From: a virus
Lineage: Duplodnaviria > Heunggongvirae > Uroviricota > Caudoviricetes
Virus record (IMG/VR): IMGVR_UViG_2630968500_000006
DNA length: 8,093 bases
Strand: one strand, 5' to 3'
Shown here: piece by piece, positions 1 to 7,567 of the stretch
How the letters are laid out: the number at the start of each line of letters is the position of its first letter
Numbering within the stretch: the stretch's first letter is position 1
Position numbers and translations under genes: made by a program
Notes under the pieces: generated by a model
Seen by the model: only the letters and a program-made list of their open reading frames with translations
Database searches by the model: none
Told to the model about the DNA's origin: nothing

Positions 1-37
1 AGCTTGGGAAGAAATGACCTGCTTATTCGCACCTTCC
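1..37 (+). mobile_element. IS5-family insertion sequence, terminal inverted-repeat end only (element body lies outside the window to the left)
   Basis: Positions 22-37 read CTTATTCGCACCTTCC, the reverse complement of GGAAGGTGCGAATAAG, which I recall as the IS5 terminal inverted repeat (16/16). It is followed at 38-41 by CTAG, the preferred IS5 target tetranucleotide. The 20 bp inside the repeat differ from my recollection of IS5 itself, so this is a family-level call. Only 37 bp are visible. Confidence 0.55.
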
Positions 38-491
38 CTAGGGACTTTTCCGGGTTGTCCGGGCTAGGAATGGGAACTTTAAATCCTTCCAGCATGGGTT
101 TTCTTATCGAAATGGCGGTAGCACCCACACTTTTTGTCAAGATGTACTGCTTAAAGCTAGATGACATGAAGTAATACAAAAACTTCGTGTCTACGGCATT
201 AGTTGTGATACGAATTCTATACGCCCTTTGATGTAGAGCATATTTCCCCTCAACATAGTGAAATATGTCGCCAATTCCACCTTCACCAGGAATGACTATT
301 GCTACCTCATCAAATTCAAAGGTATCTGACTTCAAGATATTCTTTGAGCGAACATAGAATGGATAAATTCCATTTTCGCTTTCATCCTGACGATTTGAGC
401 TTCCAGTACCGATATCTGCCATAGAACCCAATGTTACCCACTCAACCTCAACCCCATCCAACAGTTTTTCCAGATAGCTCAGCTCGCTCAT
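38..491 (-). pseudogene. hsdS: Type I restriction-modification specificity subunit HsdS, N-terminal target-recognition domain fragment; reading frame runs into the IS5-like end after the motif PIPSPDNPEKSL
   Basis: Hand translation of the minus strand from ATG at 491-489 gives [151 protein letters not shown], then continues into IS-derived sequence (GKVRISRSF...). The start overlaps the hsdM stop in an ATGA arrangement (488-491). The N-terminus (MSE.SYLEKLLDGVEVEW) and the P.PDNPEKSL motif match my recollection of EcoR124-type HsdS. The ORF track omits it because there is no in-window stop. If the IS call is wrong, this is simply a partial hsdS CDS running off the window edge. Confidence 0.7.
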
Positions 492-2050
492 GCCTGTACC
501 TCTCTGCCTTCAATTCTAGCCACGATCGCATCAATGTCTTGGCGTAACTGGTCGATTTTGCTGACCGTGGTTTTCAGCTCTGCATTCAACTCAGCGATAT
601 CGATAATTTCGCGAGTATCTTTCGCTTCCACATAGCTGCTCACCGACAGGTTATAGTCATTCGCTACAACGGCTTCAAACGCGACAGATTTCGCCAGATG
701 AGCAACATCTTCCTTGCTGGCAAATACCTGCATAATCTGTTCGATATGGGCGTCGGTCAGGATATTGTTGTTAGTCTCTTTTTTGAACAGTTCGCTGGCG
801 TCAATAAACTGAACTTTGGTATCCGTTTTATGCTTAGACAGCACCAGAATGTTTACTGCAATGGTGGTGCCAAAGAACAGGTTCGGTGCCAGTGAAATTA
901 CGGTTTCGACATAGTTATTATCGACCAGATACTGACGGATTTTCTGCTCTGCGCCGCCACGGTAAAAAATACCCGGGAAGCAGACAATCGCAGCACGACC
1001 TTTGGCCGAAAGATAGTTCAGCGCATGTAGTACAAACGCAAAGTCAGCTTTGGATTTGGGGGCCAGAACGCCAGCCGGGGCAAAACGCTCATCGTTAATC
1101 AGCGTCGGGTCATCGCTGCCAATCCATTTCACCGAATACGGTGGGTTAGATACGATGGCGTCAAACGGTTTTTCATCTCTGAAGTGCGGCTCAGTCAGTG
1201 TATTACCCAGCTTGATATCAAACTTGTCGTAGTTGATATTGTGCAAAAACATGTTCATACGCGCCAGGTTATAGGTCGTATGGTTGATTTCCTGACCGAA
1301 AAAGCCTTCTTCGATGATGTGGTTATCAAACTGTTTTTTCGCCTGCAACAACAGTGAGCCGGAACCCGCTGCCGGGTCGTAGATTTTGTTAACGCTGGTC
1401 TGCCCGTGCATAGCCAGTTGTGCAATCAGCTTGGAGACGTGCTGCGGTGTAAAGAACTCGCCGCCTGACTTACCGGCATTTGCCGCATAGTTAGAAATCA
1501 GGAACTCATAGGCATCACCGAACAGGTCAATCTGATGTTCGTTGAAGTCACCAAGTTTTAACCCTTCAACCCCTTTCAGAACCGCAGCCAGGCGGGCATT
1601 TTTATCTTTAACGGTGTTACCCAGGCGGTTACTGGTGGTATCGAAATCAGCAAACAAACCTTTGATGTCAGCTTCTGAAGGATAACCGTAAGCAGAACTT
1701 TCGATAGCAACGAAGATGCTGTTTAAATCTGCATTCAGTCTGTCATTAGTATTTGCTTTCGCCGCTACGTTGCAGAAAAGCTGACTGGGGTAGATGAAGT
1801 AGCCTTTAGTTTTGATGGCATCGTCTTTAATGTCATCAGTAATTACGCTGTCATCCAGTTTCGCATAACAGATACTGTCATCACCGGCTTCAATATAGCT
1901 GGAAAAATTTTCGCTGATAAAACGGTAGAAAAGTGCGCCCAGAACGTATTGCTTAAAATCCCATCCATCGACCGAACCCCTGACATCGTTAGCAATTTGC
2001 CAGATTTGACGATGAAGCTCTGCACGTTGTTGAATACTTGTCATTTTCAT
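488..2050 (-). CDS. hsdM: Type I restriction-modification N6-adenine DNA methyltransferase subunit HsdM (EcoR124-like, type IC), 520 aa, apparently intact
   Basis: 520-aa ORF from the track. It carries the SAM-binding motif [10 protein letters not shown] and the catalytic motif NPPY typical of N6-adenine methyltransferases. Length and N-terminus ([25 protein letters not shown]) fit my recollection of EcoR124-family HsdM. Translationally coupled to hsdS downstream. Confidence 0.93.
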   Translation of the reverse strand: MKMTSIQQRAELHRQIWQIANDVRGSVDGWDFKQYVLGALFYRFISENFSSYIEAGDDSICYAKLDDSVITDDIKDDAIKTKGYFIYPSQLFCNVAAKANTNDRLNADLNSIFVAIESSAYGYPSEADIKGLFADFDTTSNRLGNTVKDKNARLAAVLKGVEGLKLGDFNEHQIDLFGDAYEFLISNYAANAGKSGGEFFTPQHVSKLIAQLAMHGQTSVNKIYDPAAGSGSLLLQAKKQFDNHIIEEGFFGQEINHTTYNLARMNMFLHNINYDKFDIKLGNTLTEPHFRDEKPFDAIVSNPPYSVKWIGSDDPTLINDERFAPAGVLAPKSKADFAFVLHALNYLSAKGRAAIVCFPGIFYRGGAEQKIRQYLVDNNYVETVISLAPNLFFGTTIAVNILVLSKHKTDTKVQFIDASELFKKETNNNILTDAHIEQIMQVFASKEDVAHLAKSVAFEAVVANDYNLSVSSYVEAKDTREIIDIAELNAELKTTVSKIDQLRQDIDAIVARIEGREVQA

Positions 2051-2185
2051 CCACTTATTTCAGGCTTATGTAATTGGCGGTGATTCTACAGCAACTTGGA
2101 TGCTTTAGCAGTTCGGACATTAGGCTACGAATGATCTGCCTAGAGGTTTGTTAAGCCGCAAAGTGCTGGTGCTTTATGCCTGTGA

Positions 2186-2226
2186 AGTTTATAATTGTGT
2201 ACACATAACGAGTACATGAGGTATTT
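2186..2226 (+). promoter_or_regulatory. phd-doc promoter/operator: -10 TATAAT (2190-2195), perfect 10-bp palindrome TGTGTACACA (2196-2205), second GTACA-containing site (about 2210-2218), ribosome-binding site GAGGT (2217-2221)
   Basis: The palindrome and hexamers are read directly from the sequence. The P1 phd-doc operon is known to be autoregulated by Phd/Doc binding palindromic operator sites that overlap its promoter. I did not find a convincing -35, so the promoter boundaries are approximate. Confidence 0.5.
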
Positions 2227-2448
2227 ATGCAATCCATTAACTTCCGTACCGCGCGCGGCAACCTTTCTGAAGTGCTCAACAATGTTGAGGCCGGGGAAGA
2301 GGTTGAAATCACCCGCAGAGGCCGTGAGCCAGCAGTAATTGTCAGCAAGGCTACTTTCGAAGCCTACAAAAAAGCGGCGCTGGATGCTGAATTTGCATCC
2401 CTGTTTGACACCCTGGACTCCACCAACAAGGAACTGGTTAACCGATAA
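2227..2448 (+). CDS. phd: Phd antitoxin (prevent-host-death), 73 aa
   Basis: The ORF product [73 protein letters not shown] matches my recollection of bacteriophage P1 Phd in sequence and length. Ribosome-binding site upstream. The stop TAA (2446-2448) overlaps the doc ATG (2448-2450). Confidence 0.95.
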
Positions 2449-2828
2449 TGAGGCATATATCACCGGAAGAACTTATTGCGCTTCATGATGCGAATATAAG
2501 CCGCTACGGCGGCCTGTCGGGAATGTCAGATCCGGGTAGGGCAGAGGCCATTATCGGGAGAGTTCAGGCCAGAGTTGCCTACGAAGAGATCACCGACCTT
2601 TTCGAAGTCTCCGCCACCTACCTGGTGGCTACGGCGAGAGGGCATATATTCAATGATGCCAATAAGCGTACCGCGCTAAACAGTGCGCTGCTATTTCTAC
2701 GCCGTAACGGGGTGCAGGTATTTGATTCACCTGAACTGGCAGACCTTACTGTAGGCGCTGCGACTGGCGAGATATCTGTATCTTCTGTCGCCGCCACGTT
2801 ACGTAGATTGTATGGTTCTGCGGAGTAG
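2448..2828 (+). CDS. doc: Doc toxin (death-on-curing), Fic-fold kinase, 126 aa
   Basis: 126-aa product with the Doc-type Fic motif HIFNDANKR (HxFx[D/N][A/G]NKR). Translationally coupled to phd. Size and sequence are as recalled for P1 Doc. Confidence 0.95.
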
Positions 2829-2832
2829 ATTA

Positions 2833-3012
2833 ATGGCACGCAAATACAACAAATTGTCCCGTGAAGCGTTAAAGATGCTTCTTGATGGCGTGAGTCGCCG
2901 CAAGGTAAAGCAATACCTGGTTAGTAAGCAAATTGGTGCCAGGACCGCTATTGCTGTGTTATGCCGTCAGGAAATGGTTGTGCTTAAACAGAGAATGCCG
3001 GGCAGCAGATAA
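2833..3012 (+). CDS. Hypothetical small basic protein (59 aa from ATG 2833; the track ORF starts at 2812 inside doc); positionally equivalent to a P1 post-doc gene (pdcA?), assigned by synteny only
   Basis: ORF in the track (2812..3012). The ATG at 2833 lies 5 nt after the doc stop and is preceded by GGAG (2822-2825), whereas the ATG at 2812 is inside doc with no Shine-Dalgarno. Product MARKYNKLSREALKMLLDGVSRRKVKQYLVSKQIGARTAIAVLCRQEMVVLKQRMPGSR is lysine/arginine-rich. No recognisable motif. Confidence 0.45.
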   Translation: MARKYNKLSREALKMLLDGVSRRKVKQYLVSKQIGARTAIAVLCRQEMVVLKQRMPGSR

Positions 3013-3039
3013 AGCCCAATCAGTGATGAAAGGTGTGAT

Positions 3040-4083
3040 GTGAAAGCCATTATTACTCCCTTTGTACAAAAAGAGCTTGGCGTCGCCACATTCAAAGTGG
3101 ATCAGGAAGTCAGAAAGCTGGTGGAGGCTGGCCGTAAATTTATTATGGAGCCGGTGCCGCGTGAGTTAATCGAGCACATGGACGACGGCCTCGTTGTTTC
3201 CGAGCAAACTATGGCAACAAATGAGGCGTTGCAGCCGTTTTTTAACAGCGATGAACTGTTTCGCCGTATTGGTGGAATTGACTCGCTGGTGGCGTGGTTG
3301 CGCAGGAAAGAGGGGCAATGCCAGGCCGCAGATCGTAGTTGGTGTGACAACCATATTGTCCACGCTGAACGAGACAATAGCGCGGTGTTGTTGTGCTGGC
3401 ATCACGATAACCATTACCGGATGCGTGGTTTTAATGAGCTGAAAGAAACGCTGCACAATAATCGCGTTAACTGGATACTGGATGTCGCCCGTCAGGAAAT
3501 GGGGCTTTCAGATGGCCATGATTTAAGTATTCAGGAACTGTGCTGGTGGGCTTTCATGTGCAACATGATGCACCTGATGCCGGAAGAAGTTTGCCGTATA
3601 TCAATAAATAAGATGAAAGCCGCAACGCAGGATAGCGGACCTCTGAAAGAGGCGGATATTCGCCCGTATGACGATCGCGCTACAGCATATGTTCAGATGA
3701 TGGAAGAACGCGCCGCGCCGATGCGTGCAAAAGTATGCCCTGTGGATGTTGACTCCGACCCTGGCATGGCGCATTTCAAAATACCAAAACTGCAATCGCT
3801 AAAATTACCTGAGTACATGGACTTTGTTGCTTCCCGTCCATGCTGTGGGTGCGGAGCGGCGGGAGCTGGCGCTCACATTACGCCTTATATCGTTCGTCAT
3901 AGTCGATTATGCGCGCATGACATTTACGCAATTCCTCTGTGCCAGTCATGCCAGCGTGATATTGAGCGTGACCGCGATAATTGGGAGAAGACGCACGGTA
4001 GGCTGGCGATGCATCAACGATTGTTCTTTGATTACGCGCTTGGAGTCGGCGTTATCACAAGTCATTCGTCGAGTGTTAGATAA
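3040..4083 (+). CDS. Hypothetical Cys/His-rich protein, 347 aa, GTG start; two HNH-like or zinc-ribbon-like motifs; positionally equivalent to a P1 post-doc gene (pdcB?), assigned by synteny only
   Basis: Long ORF with a GTG start preceded by AAAGGTG (3028-3034). It has 13 Cys and 16 His in 347 aa, clustered as [25 protein letters not shown] and PCCGCG...H...RH..LCAHD...PLCQSCQ. No overlapping ORF of comparable length on either strand. Confidence 0.75.
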   Translation: MKAIITPFVQKELGVATFKVDQEVRKLVEAGRKFIMEPVPRELIEHMDDGLVVSEQTMATNEALQPFFNSDELFRRIGGIDSLVAWLRRKEGQCQAADRSWCDNHIVHAERDNSAVLLCWHHDNHYRMRGFNELKETLHNNRVNWILDVARQEMGLSDGHDLSIQELCWWAFMCNMMHLMPEEVCRISINKMKAATQDSGPLKEADIRPYDDRATAYVQMMEERAAPMRAKVCPVDVDSDPGMAHFKIPKLQSLKLPEYMDFVASRPCCGCGAAGAGAHITPYIVRHSRLCAHDIYAIPLCQSCQRDIERDRDNWEKTHGRLAMHQRLFFDYALGVGVITSHSSSVR

Positions 4084-4084
4084 A

Positions 4085-4126
4085 ATTGCTCTAATGTATT
4101 GCTATTTCTTTAGTTGAGGGTATTAT
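4085..4126 (+). promoter_or_regulatory. C1-repressor operator-like 17-mer (4085-4101, ATTGCTCTAATGTATTG) overlapping a sigma70-like promoter (-35 TTGCTA 4099-4104, 16-bp spacer, -10 TATTAT 4121-4126) upstream of lpa
   Basis: 14/17 match to the P1 C1 operator consensus ATTGCTCTAATAAATTT as I recall it. The operator overlaps the -35 of a well-spaced promoter. P1 lpa (gene 10) is known to be C1-controlled. Confidence 0.55.
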
Positions 4127-4171
4127 ATTCCACGTTGATTAGTTGACATGGGCTAATCAGTAGGTGACAGG

Positions 4172-4624
4172 ATGTTACTTAACTGGCAGGGACGCCACTT
4201 CATGGAAATAAATCACTCACGAATAACATCGTACGAGATTGCGGATTACATGATCCGCACTAAATCTCTTCTATCAGCGAAAGAACTCGCAGCAATTCTT
4301 GAAAAGGAATACCCGCATCTGGATGTCGATAAGCGCGATGTTTATCTGCGCTTAAAGGCTATCGCTGTGTCTAAGTATTCGTCTGTTTTGATTGATGACA
4401 GTACACGCCCACGTAGATTTCAGATCCACTCTCTGAATCCTGAATTCTTTCGCCGCAGCCGCGCTCCGCGCCGGTTTGATGAAAAACTCCAGAACGAACT
4501 CTATATGACGCAGGACGAAAAGGAACGCCGGGAGCACCAGCCTTGGGTAATGGCGCGTCAACTTTTCAATAAGGTGGTCCGTCAGCACCGTCATTACGGT
4601 AATGCCACATCCGCACGTATCTGA
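4172..4624 (+). CDS. lpa: Late promoter activator Lpa (P1 gene 10 product), 150 aa
   Basis: 150-aa ORF directly upstream of pacA and downstream of a C1-operator-controlled promoter, with a ribosome-binding site AGGTGA (4162-4167). The call rests on synteny with P1 (phd-doc ... lpa-pacA-pacB) and expected size. I do not reliably recall the Lpa sequence itself. The start could instead be ATG 4202 (MEINHSR...), though that has no Shine-Dalgarno. Confidence 0.7.
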   Translation: MLLNWQGRHFMEINHSRITSYEIADYMIRTKSLLSAKELAAILEKEYPHLDVDKRDVYLRLKAIAVSKYSSVLIDDSTRPRRFQIHSLNPEFFRRSRAPRRFDEKLQNELYMTQDEKERREHQPWVMARQLFNKVVRQHRHYGNATSARI

Positions 4625-4634
4625 TTGATTGCTT

Positions 4635-4652
4635 GCCCGTTCCGGGCCTTTT
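4635..4652 (+). terminator. Candidate intrinsic terminator after lpa: GCCCG-TTC-CGGGC hairpin followed by CTTTT
   Basis: 5-bp GC stem (4635-4639 / 4643-4647) with a 3-nt loop, followed by a T4 run (4649-4652), 11 nt after the lpa stop. Short stem and short T-tract, so it would be weak. Confidence 0.35.
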
Positions 4653-4710
4653 GACATGTGACTTTCGTTACCCTCGCGTCAAAAAGAGTTTTATACGAAA
4701 GGAAGCATAA

Positions 4711-5904
4711 GTGACCTGGGACGATCACAAGAAGAATTTTGCTCGCCTGGCGCGAGATGGTGGTTACACCATCGCACAATATGCCGCCGAGTTTAATCTC
4801 AACCCAAACACCGCACGTCGTTATCTCCGTGCATTCAAAGAAGACACCGGAACAGCGGATAGCCGTAAGCCAAATAAGCCTGTCAGGAAACCACTAAAAA
4901 GCATGATCATTGATCACGCTAATGATCAACGTGCAGGTGATCACATTGTGGCTGAAACGGCTGAAAAACAAAGAGTTAATGCTGTTGTCAGTGCCGCAGT
5001 CGAGAACGCTAAGCGCCAAAATAAGCGCATAAATGATCGTTCTGATGATCATGACGTGATCACCCGCGCCCACCGTACCTTACGTGATCGCCTGGAACGC
5101 GACACCCTGGATGATGATGGTGAACGCTTTGAATTCGAAGCTGGCGATTACCTGATAGATAACGTTGAAGCGTGGAAGGCCGCGCGCGCTATGTTGCGTC
5201 GTTCCGGAGCTGATGTTCTGGAAACCACTCTTCTGGAAAAGTCTCTTTCTCATCTCCTTATGCTGGAGAACGCCCGGGATACGTGTATTCGCCTGGTGCA
5301 GGAAATGCGCGATCAGCAAAAAGACGATGATGAAGGTACTCCGCCTGAATACCGTATCGCGAGCATGCTAAACAGCTGTTCCGCGCAGATAAGCAGCCTG
5401 ATCAACACCATTTACAGCATCCGGAATAACTATCGAAAAGAAAGCCGGGAGGCGGAAAAGCACGCTTTGTCTATGGGGCAAGCTGGCATTGTTAAGCTGG
5501 CATACGAACGAAAGCGTGAAAATAACTGGTCAGTGCTGGAAGCAGCTGAATTCATCGAGGCGCATGGCGGGAAAGTGCCGCCCCTGATGCTGGAGCAAAT
5601 CAAAGCCGATCTGCGTGCTCCTAAGACCAATACCGATGATGAGGAAAGGCAAACAGCCGTCGGTGGCCCTTCTCTTGAAGATCTGGACAAAGTTGCGCGA
5701 GAACGGGCCGCCAACCGCCGCGCCGATGCCGCATTGTGGATTGAGCAGCGTAGGGAAGAAATCGCCGATATCGTTGATACAGGCGGTTATGGGGATGTTG
5801 ATACTGAAGGTGTATCAAACGACCCATGGCTGGAACAAGACCTGGACGAAGACGAGGAGGAAGACGAAGAAGTCACCCGCAAGCTATACGGGGATGATGA
5901 TTAA
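4711..5904 (+). CDS. pacA: PacA, terminase small subunit (pac-recognition subunit), 397 aa, GTG start
   Basis: 397-aa ORF with ribosome-binding site AGGAAG (4700-4705). Contains the hexamer array characteristic of the P1 pac site in its 5' region. N-terminal helix-turn-helix-like segment and acidic C-terminal tail. The stop TAA (5902-5904) overlaps the pacB ATG. Confidence 0.93.
   Translation: MTWDDHKKNFARLARDGGYTIAQYAAEFNLNPNTARRYLRAFKEDTGTADSRKPNKPVRKPLKSMIIDHANDQRAGDHIVAETAEKQRVNAVVSAAVENAKRQNKRINDRSDDHDVITRAHRTLRDRLERDTLDDDGERFEFEAGDYLIDNVEAWKAARAMLRRSGADVLETTLLEKSLSHLLMLENARDTCIRLVQEMRDQQKDDDEGTPPEYRIASMLNSCSAQISSLINTIYSIRNNYRKESREAEKHALSMGQAGIVKLAYERKRENNWSVLEAAEFIEAHGGKVPPLMLEQIKADLRAPKTNTDDEERQTAVGGPSLEDLDKVARERAANRRADAALWIEQRREEIADIVDTGGYGDVDTEGVSNDPWLEQDLDEDEEEDEEVTRKLYGDDD
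4904..5062 (+). other. pac packaging (cleavage) site: seven TGATC(A/G) hexamers, four left and three right of a central region, each containing a Dam GATC
   Basis: Hexamers read directly from the sequence: TGATCA at 4904-4909, 4911-4916, 4923-4928, 4938-4943; TGATCG at 5034-5039; TGATCA at 5046-5051 and 5057-5062. The 4 + 3 arrangement over about 160 bp inside pacA is the known architecture of the P1 pac site. Confidence 0.85.
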
Positions 5905-7418
5905 TGGCCAGAAGTTGCGTAACGGATCCACGTTGGCGCGAGCTGGTGGCGCTATATCGTTATGACTGGATTGCGGCCGCTGATGTTTTGTTCGGCAAAA
6001 CACCTACCTGGCAGCAGGATCTGATTATTGAGTCTGTGCAGGAACAGGGTAGCAAGACATCTGTTTCGTCTGGTCACGGTACCGGGAAATCAGACATGAC
6101 TTCTATCATGATCATGTTGTTCATAATCATGTATCCCGGTGCCCGCGCCATTATCGTTGCGAACAAAATTCAGCAGGTAATGACCGGTATATTCAAGTAC
6201 ATCAAGATAAACTGGGCTACTGCCACCAGCCGTTTTCCATGGCTTGCTGATTATTTTGTTCTGACAGAAACCGCTTTCTATGAGGTTACTGGTAAAGGTG
6301 TATGGACTGTAGTACCGAAGGGCTTTCGTCTGGGAAGTGAAGAAGCTCTCGCCGGTGAACACGCAGATCATCTTCTGTATATTATCGATGAAGCCTCCGG
6401 TGTCAGTGATAGAGCTTTCGGTATCATCACCGGTGCTCTTACCGGACAGGATAACCGCATCTTATTACTGTCACAGCCTACACGCCCAAGCGGCTATTTC
6501 TACGATACTCACCATAAACTGGCCAAGCGTCCTGGTAACCCAGATGGCGTTTATACGGCGATCACGCTTAACAGTGAGGAATCACCGCTGGTAACGCCAG
6601 AATTTATCAAAATGAAGCTGGCGGAGTACGGCGGGCGTGATAACCCTATGTACATGATTAAGGTGCGCGGCCTATTCCCTAAATCACAGGACGGCTTCCT
6701 TCTTGGACGTGATGAGGTTGAACGTGCAACGCGGCGGAAAGTTAAGATTGCCAAAGGATGGGGCTGGCTTGCATGTGTGGACGTTGCTGGTGGTACGGGA
6801 CGGGATAAGTCAGTTATCAATATCATGATGGTGTCCGGCCAGCGAAATAAACGCCGTGTAATCAACTATCGAATGCTGGAATACACAGACGTTACAGAAA
6901 CGCAGCTTGCCGCCAAAATTTTCGCAGAATGTAATCCTGAGCGATTCCCCAATATCACCATAGCGATAGATGGAGATGGCCTGGGTAAAGCAACAGCGGA
7001 TCTGATGTACGAGTATTATGGTATTACCGTACAGCGTATACGCTGGGGTAAAAAGATGCATAGCCGTGAAGATAAGAGCCTGTACTTTGATAAACGTGCT
7101 TATGCCAACGTTCAAGCCGCAGAGGCCGTAAAATCTGGTCGTATGAGACTGGATAAGGGTAATGAAACTATTGAGGAAGCGTCGAAAATCCCTGTAGGGA
7201 TTAACTCCGCAGGTCAATGGAAGGTGATGAGTAAGGAGGATATGAAGAAAAAACTCAACCTGCACTCACCAGACCATTGGGATACATATTGTTTCGCTAT
7301 GCTGGCGGATTATGTTCCCCAGGATGAAGTGCTTAGCGTCGAAGACGAAGCGCAGGTTGATGAGGCTCTGGCATGGCTTAATGAATTAATATTTGCTCTA
7401 ATAAATTGTGTTTTTTAA
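5904..7418 (+). CDS. pacB: PacB, terminase large subunit (ATPase/nuclease), 504 aa
   Basis: 504-aa ORF translationally coupled to pacA. P-loop/Walker A-like SGHGTGKS and Walker B-like [10 protein letters not shown]. Position and size as in P1. Confidence 0.93.
   Translation: MARSCVTDPRWRELVALYRYDWIAAADVLFGKTPTWQQDLIIESVQEQGSKTSVSSGHGTGKSDMTSIMIMLFIIMYPGARAIIVANKIQQVMTGIFKYIKINWATATSRFPWLADYFVLTETAFYEVTGKGVWTVVPKGFRLGSEEALAGEHADHLLYIIDEASGVSDRAFGIITGALTGQDNRILLLSQPTRPSGYFYDTHHKLAKRPGNPDGVYTAITLNSEESPLVTPEFIKMKLAEYGGRDNPMYMIKVRGLFPKSQDGFLLGRDEVERATRRKVKIAKGWGWLACVDVAGGTGRDKSVINIMMVSGQRNKRRVINYRMLEYTDVTETQLAAKIFAECNPERFPNITIAIDGDGLGKATADLMYEYYGITVQRIRWGKKMHSREDKSLYFDKRAYANVQAAEAVKSGRMRLDKGNETIEEASKIPVGINSAGQWKVMSKEDMKKKLNLHSPDHWDTYCFAMLADYVPQDEVLSVEDEAQVDEALAWLNELIFALINCVF
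7392..7408. promoter_or_regulatory. C1-repressor operator-like 17-mer TTTGCTCTAATAAATTG overlapping the last codons of pacB
   Basis: 15/17 match to ATTGCTCTAATAAATTT. It shares the 10-mer TTGCTCTAAT with the lpa operator at 4085-4101. Two occurrences of such a 10-mer in 8 kb are very unlikely by chance. Confidence 0.45.
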
Positions 7419-7533
7419 CTACCGATGTTACATTGAGCCTGACCTCTTGCGCCTTGAGGCATTTTCGGTTTATGCTTATCAGGCACCTCATTAAAACGGG
7501 TGCCGGGATTGGCCTCCCGCTTAAGTCTAAGGC

Positions 7534-7567
7534 GATACAGACGCCGCTCGCGTCTTTTTTTTGTATC
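7534..7567 (+). terminator. Candidate rho-independent terminator downstream of pacB: GACGC-CGCTC-GCGTC hairpin followed by T8, nested within an outer GATACA/TGTATC inverted repeat
   Basis: Inner stem 7540-7544 / 7550-7554, then eight T (7555-7562). Outer arms GATACA 7534-7539 and TGTATC 7562-7567. On the minus strand the run is A-rich before the hairpin, so it is oriented for plus-strand termination. Confidence 0.5.

Noticed and set aside
698-1232. Three plus-strand ORFs (698..895, 886..1098, 1050..1232) and the minus-strand ORF 1843..2025, all inside hsdM
   Set aside because: They are antisense to or out of frame with a 520-aa gene carrying clear methyltransferase motifs. Short, with no ribosome-binding sites.
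2083-2088. Candidate hsdM promoter on the minus strand (-10 TAGAAT preceded by TG)
   Set aside because: I could not find a convincing -35, so it is too weak to annotate. The true hsdM promoter must still lie somewhere in 2051-2226.
2140-2463. Minus-strand ORFs 2140..2463 (107 aa) and 2151..2348 (65 aa)
   Set aside because: They overlap the phd promoter and the whole phd gene on the opposite strand. The phd product is recognisable, and these have no protein-like features.
2812-2832. Upstream ATG (2812) of the small post-doc ORF
   Set aside because: It lies inside the doc coding sequence without a Shine-Dalgarno. The ATG at 2833 with GGAG upstream is the more plausible start.
2618-2839. Minus-strand ORF of 73 aa inside doc
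   Set aside because: Antisense to a recognisable doc CDS. Low-complexity product.
3102-4117. ORFs 3102..3377(-), 3166..3456(-), 3194..3442(+), 3601..3795(-), 3824..4117(+)
   Set aside because: All are nested within or antisense to the 347-aa ORF, and none has a convincing start context. 3824..4117 would read through the C1 operator and lpa promoter.
4143-4148. Perfect -35-like TTGACA between the lpa promoter and the lpa start
   Set aside because: No acceptable -10 follows at 16-18 bp spacing. Probably incidental.
4352-4779. Minus-strand ORFs 4352..4657 and 4594..4779
   Set aside because: Antisense to lpa and to the pacA start region. They span the intergenic terminator and ribosome-binding site. 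No support.
5080-5965. ORFs 5080..5319(-), 5165..5371(+), 5430..5714(-), 5615..5965(+), 5621..5827(-) within pacA
   Set aside because: Alternative-frame or antisense ORFs inside a well-supported 397-aa gene.
6090-7265. ORFs 6090..6371(-), 6337..6594(+), 6551..6865(-), 6810..7265(-) within pacB
   Set aside because: Alternative-frame or antisense ORFs inside pacB, which has Walker motifs in the annotated frame.
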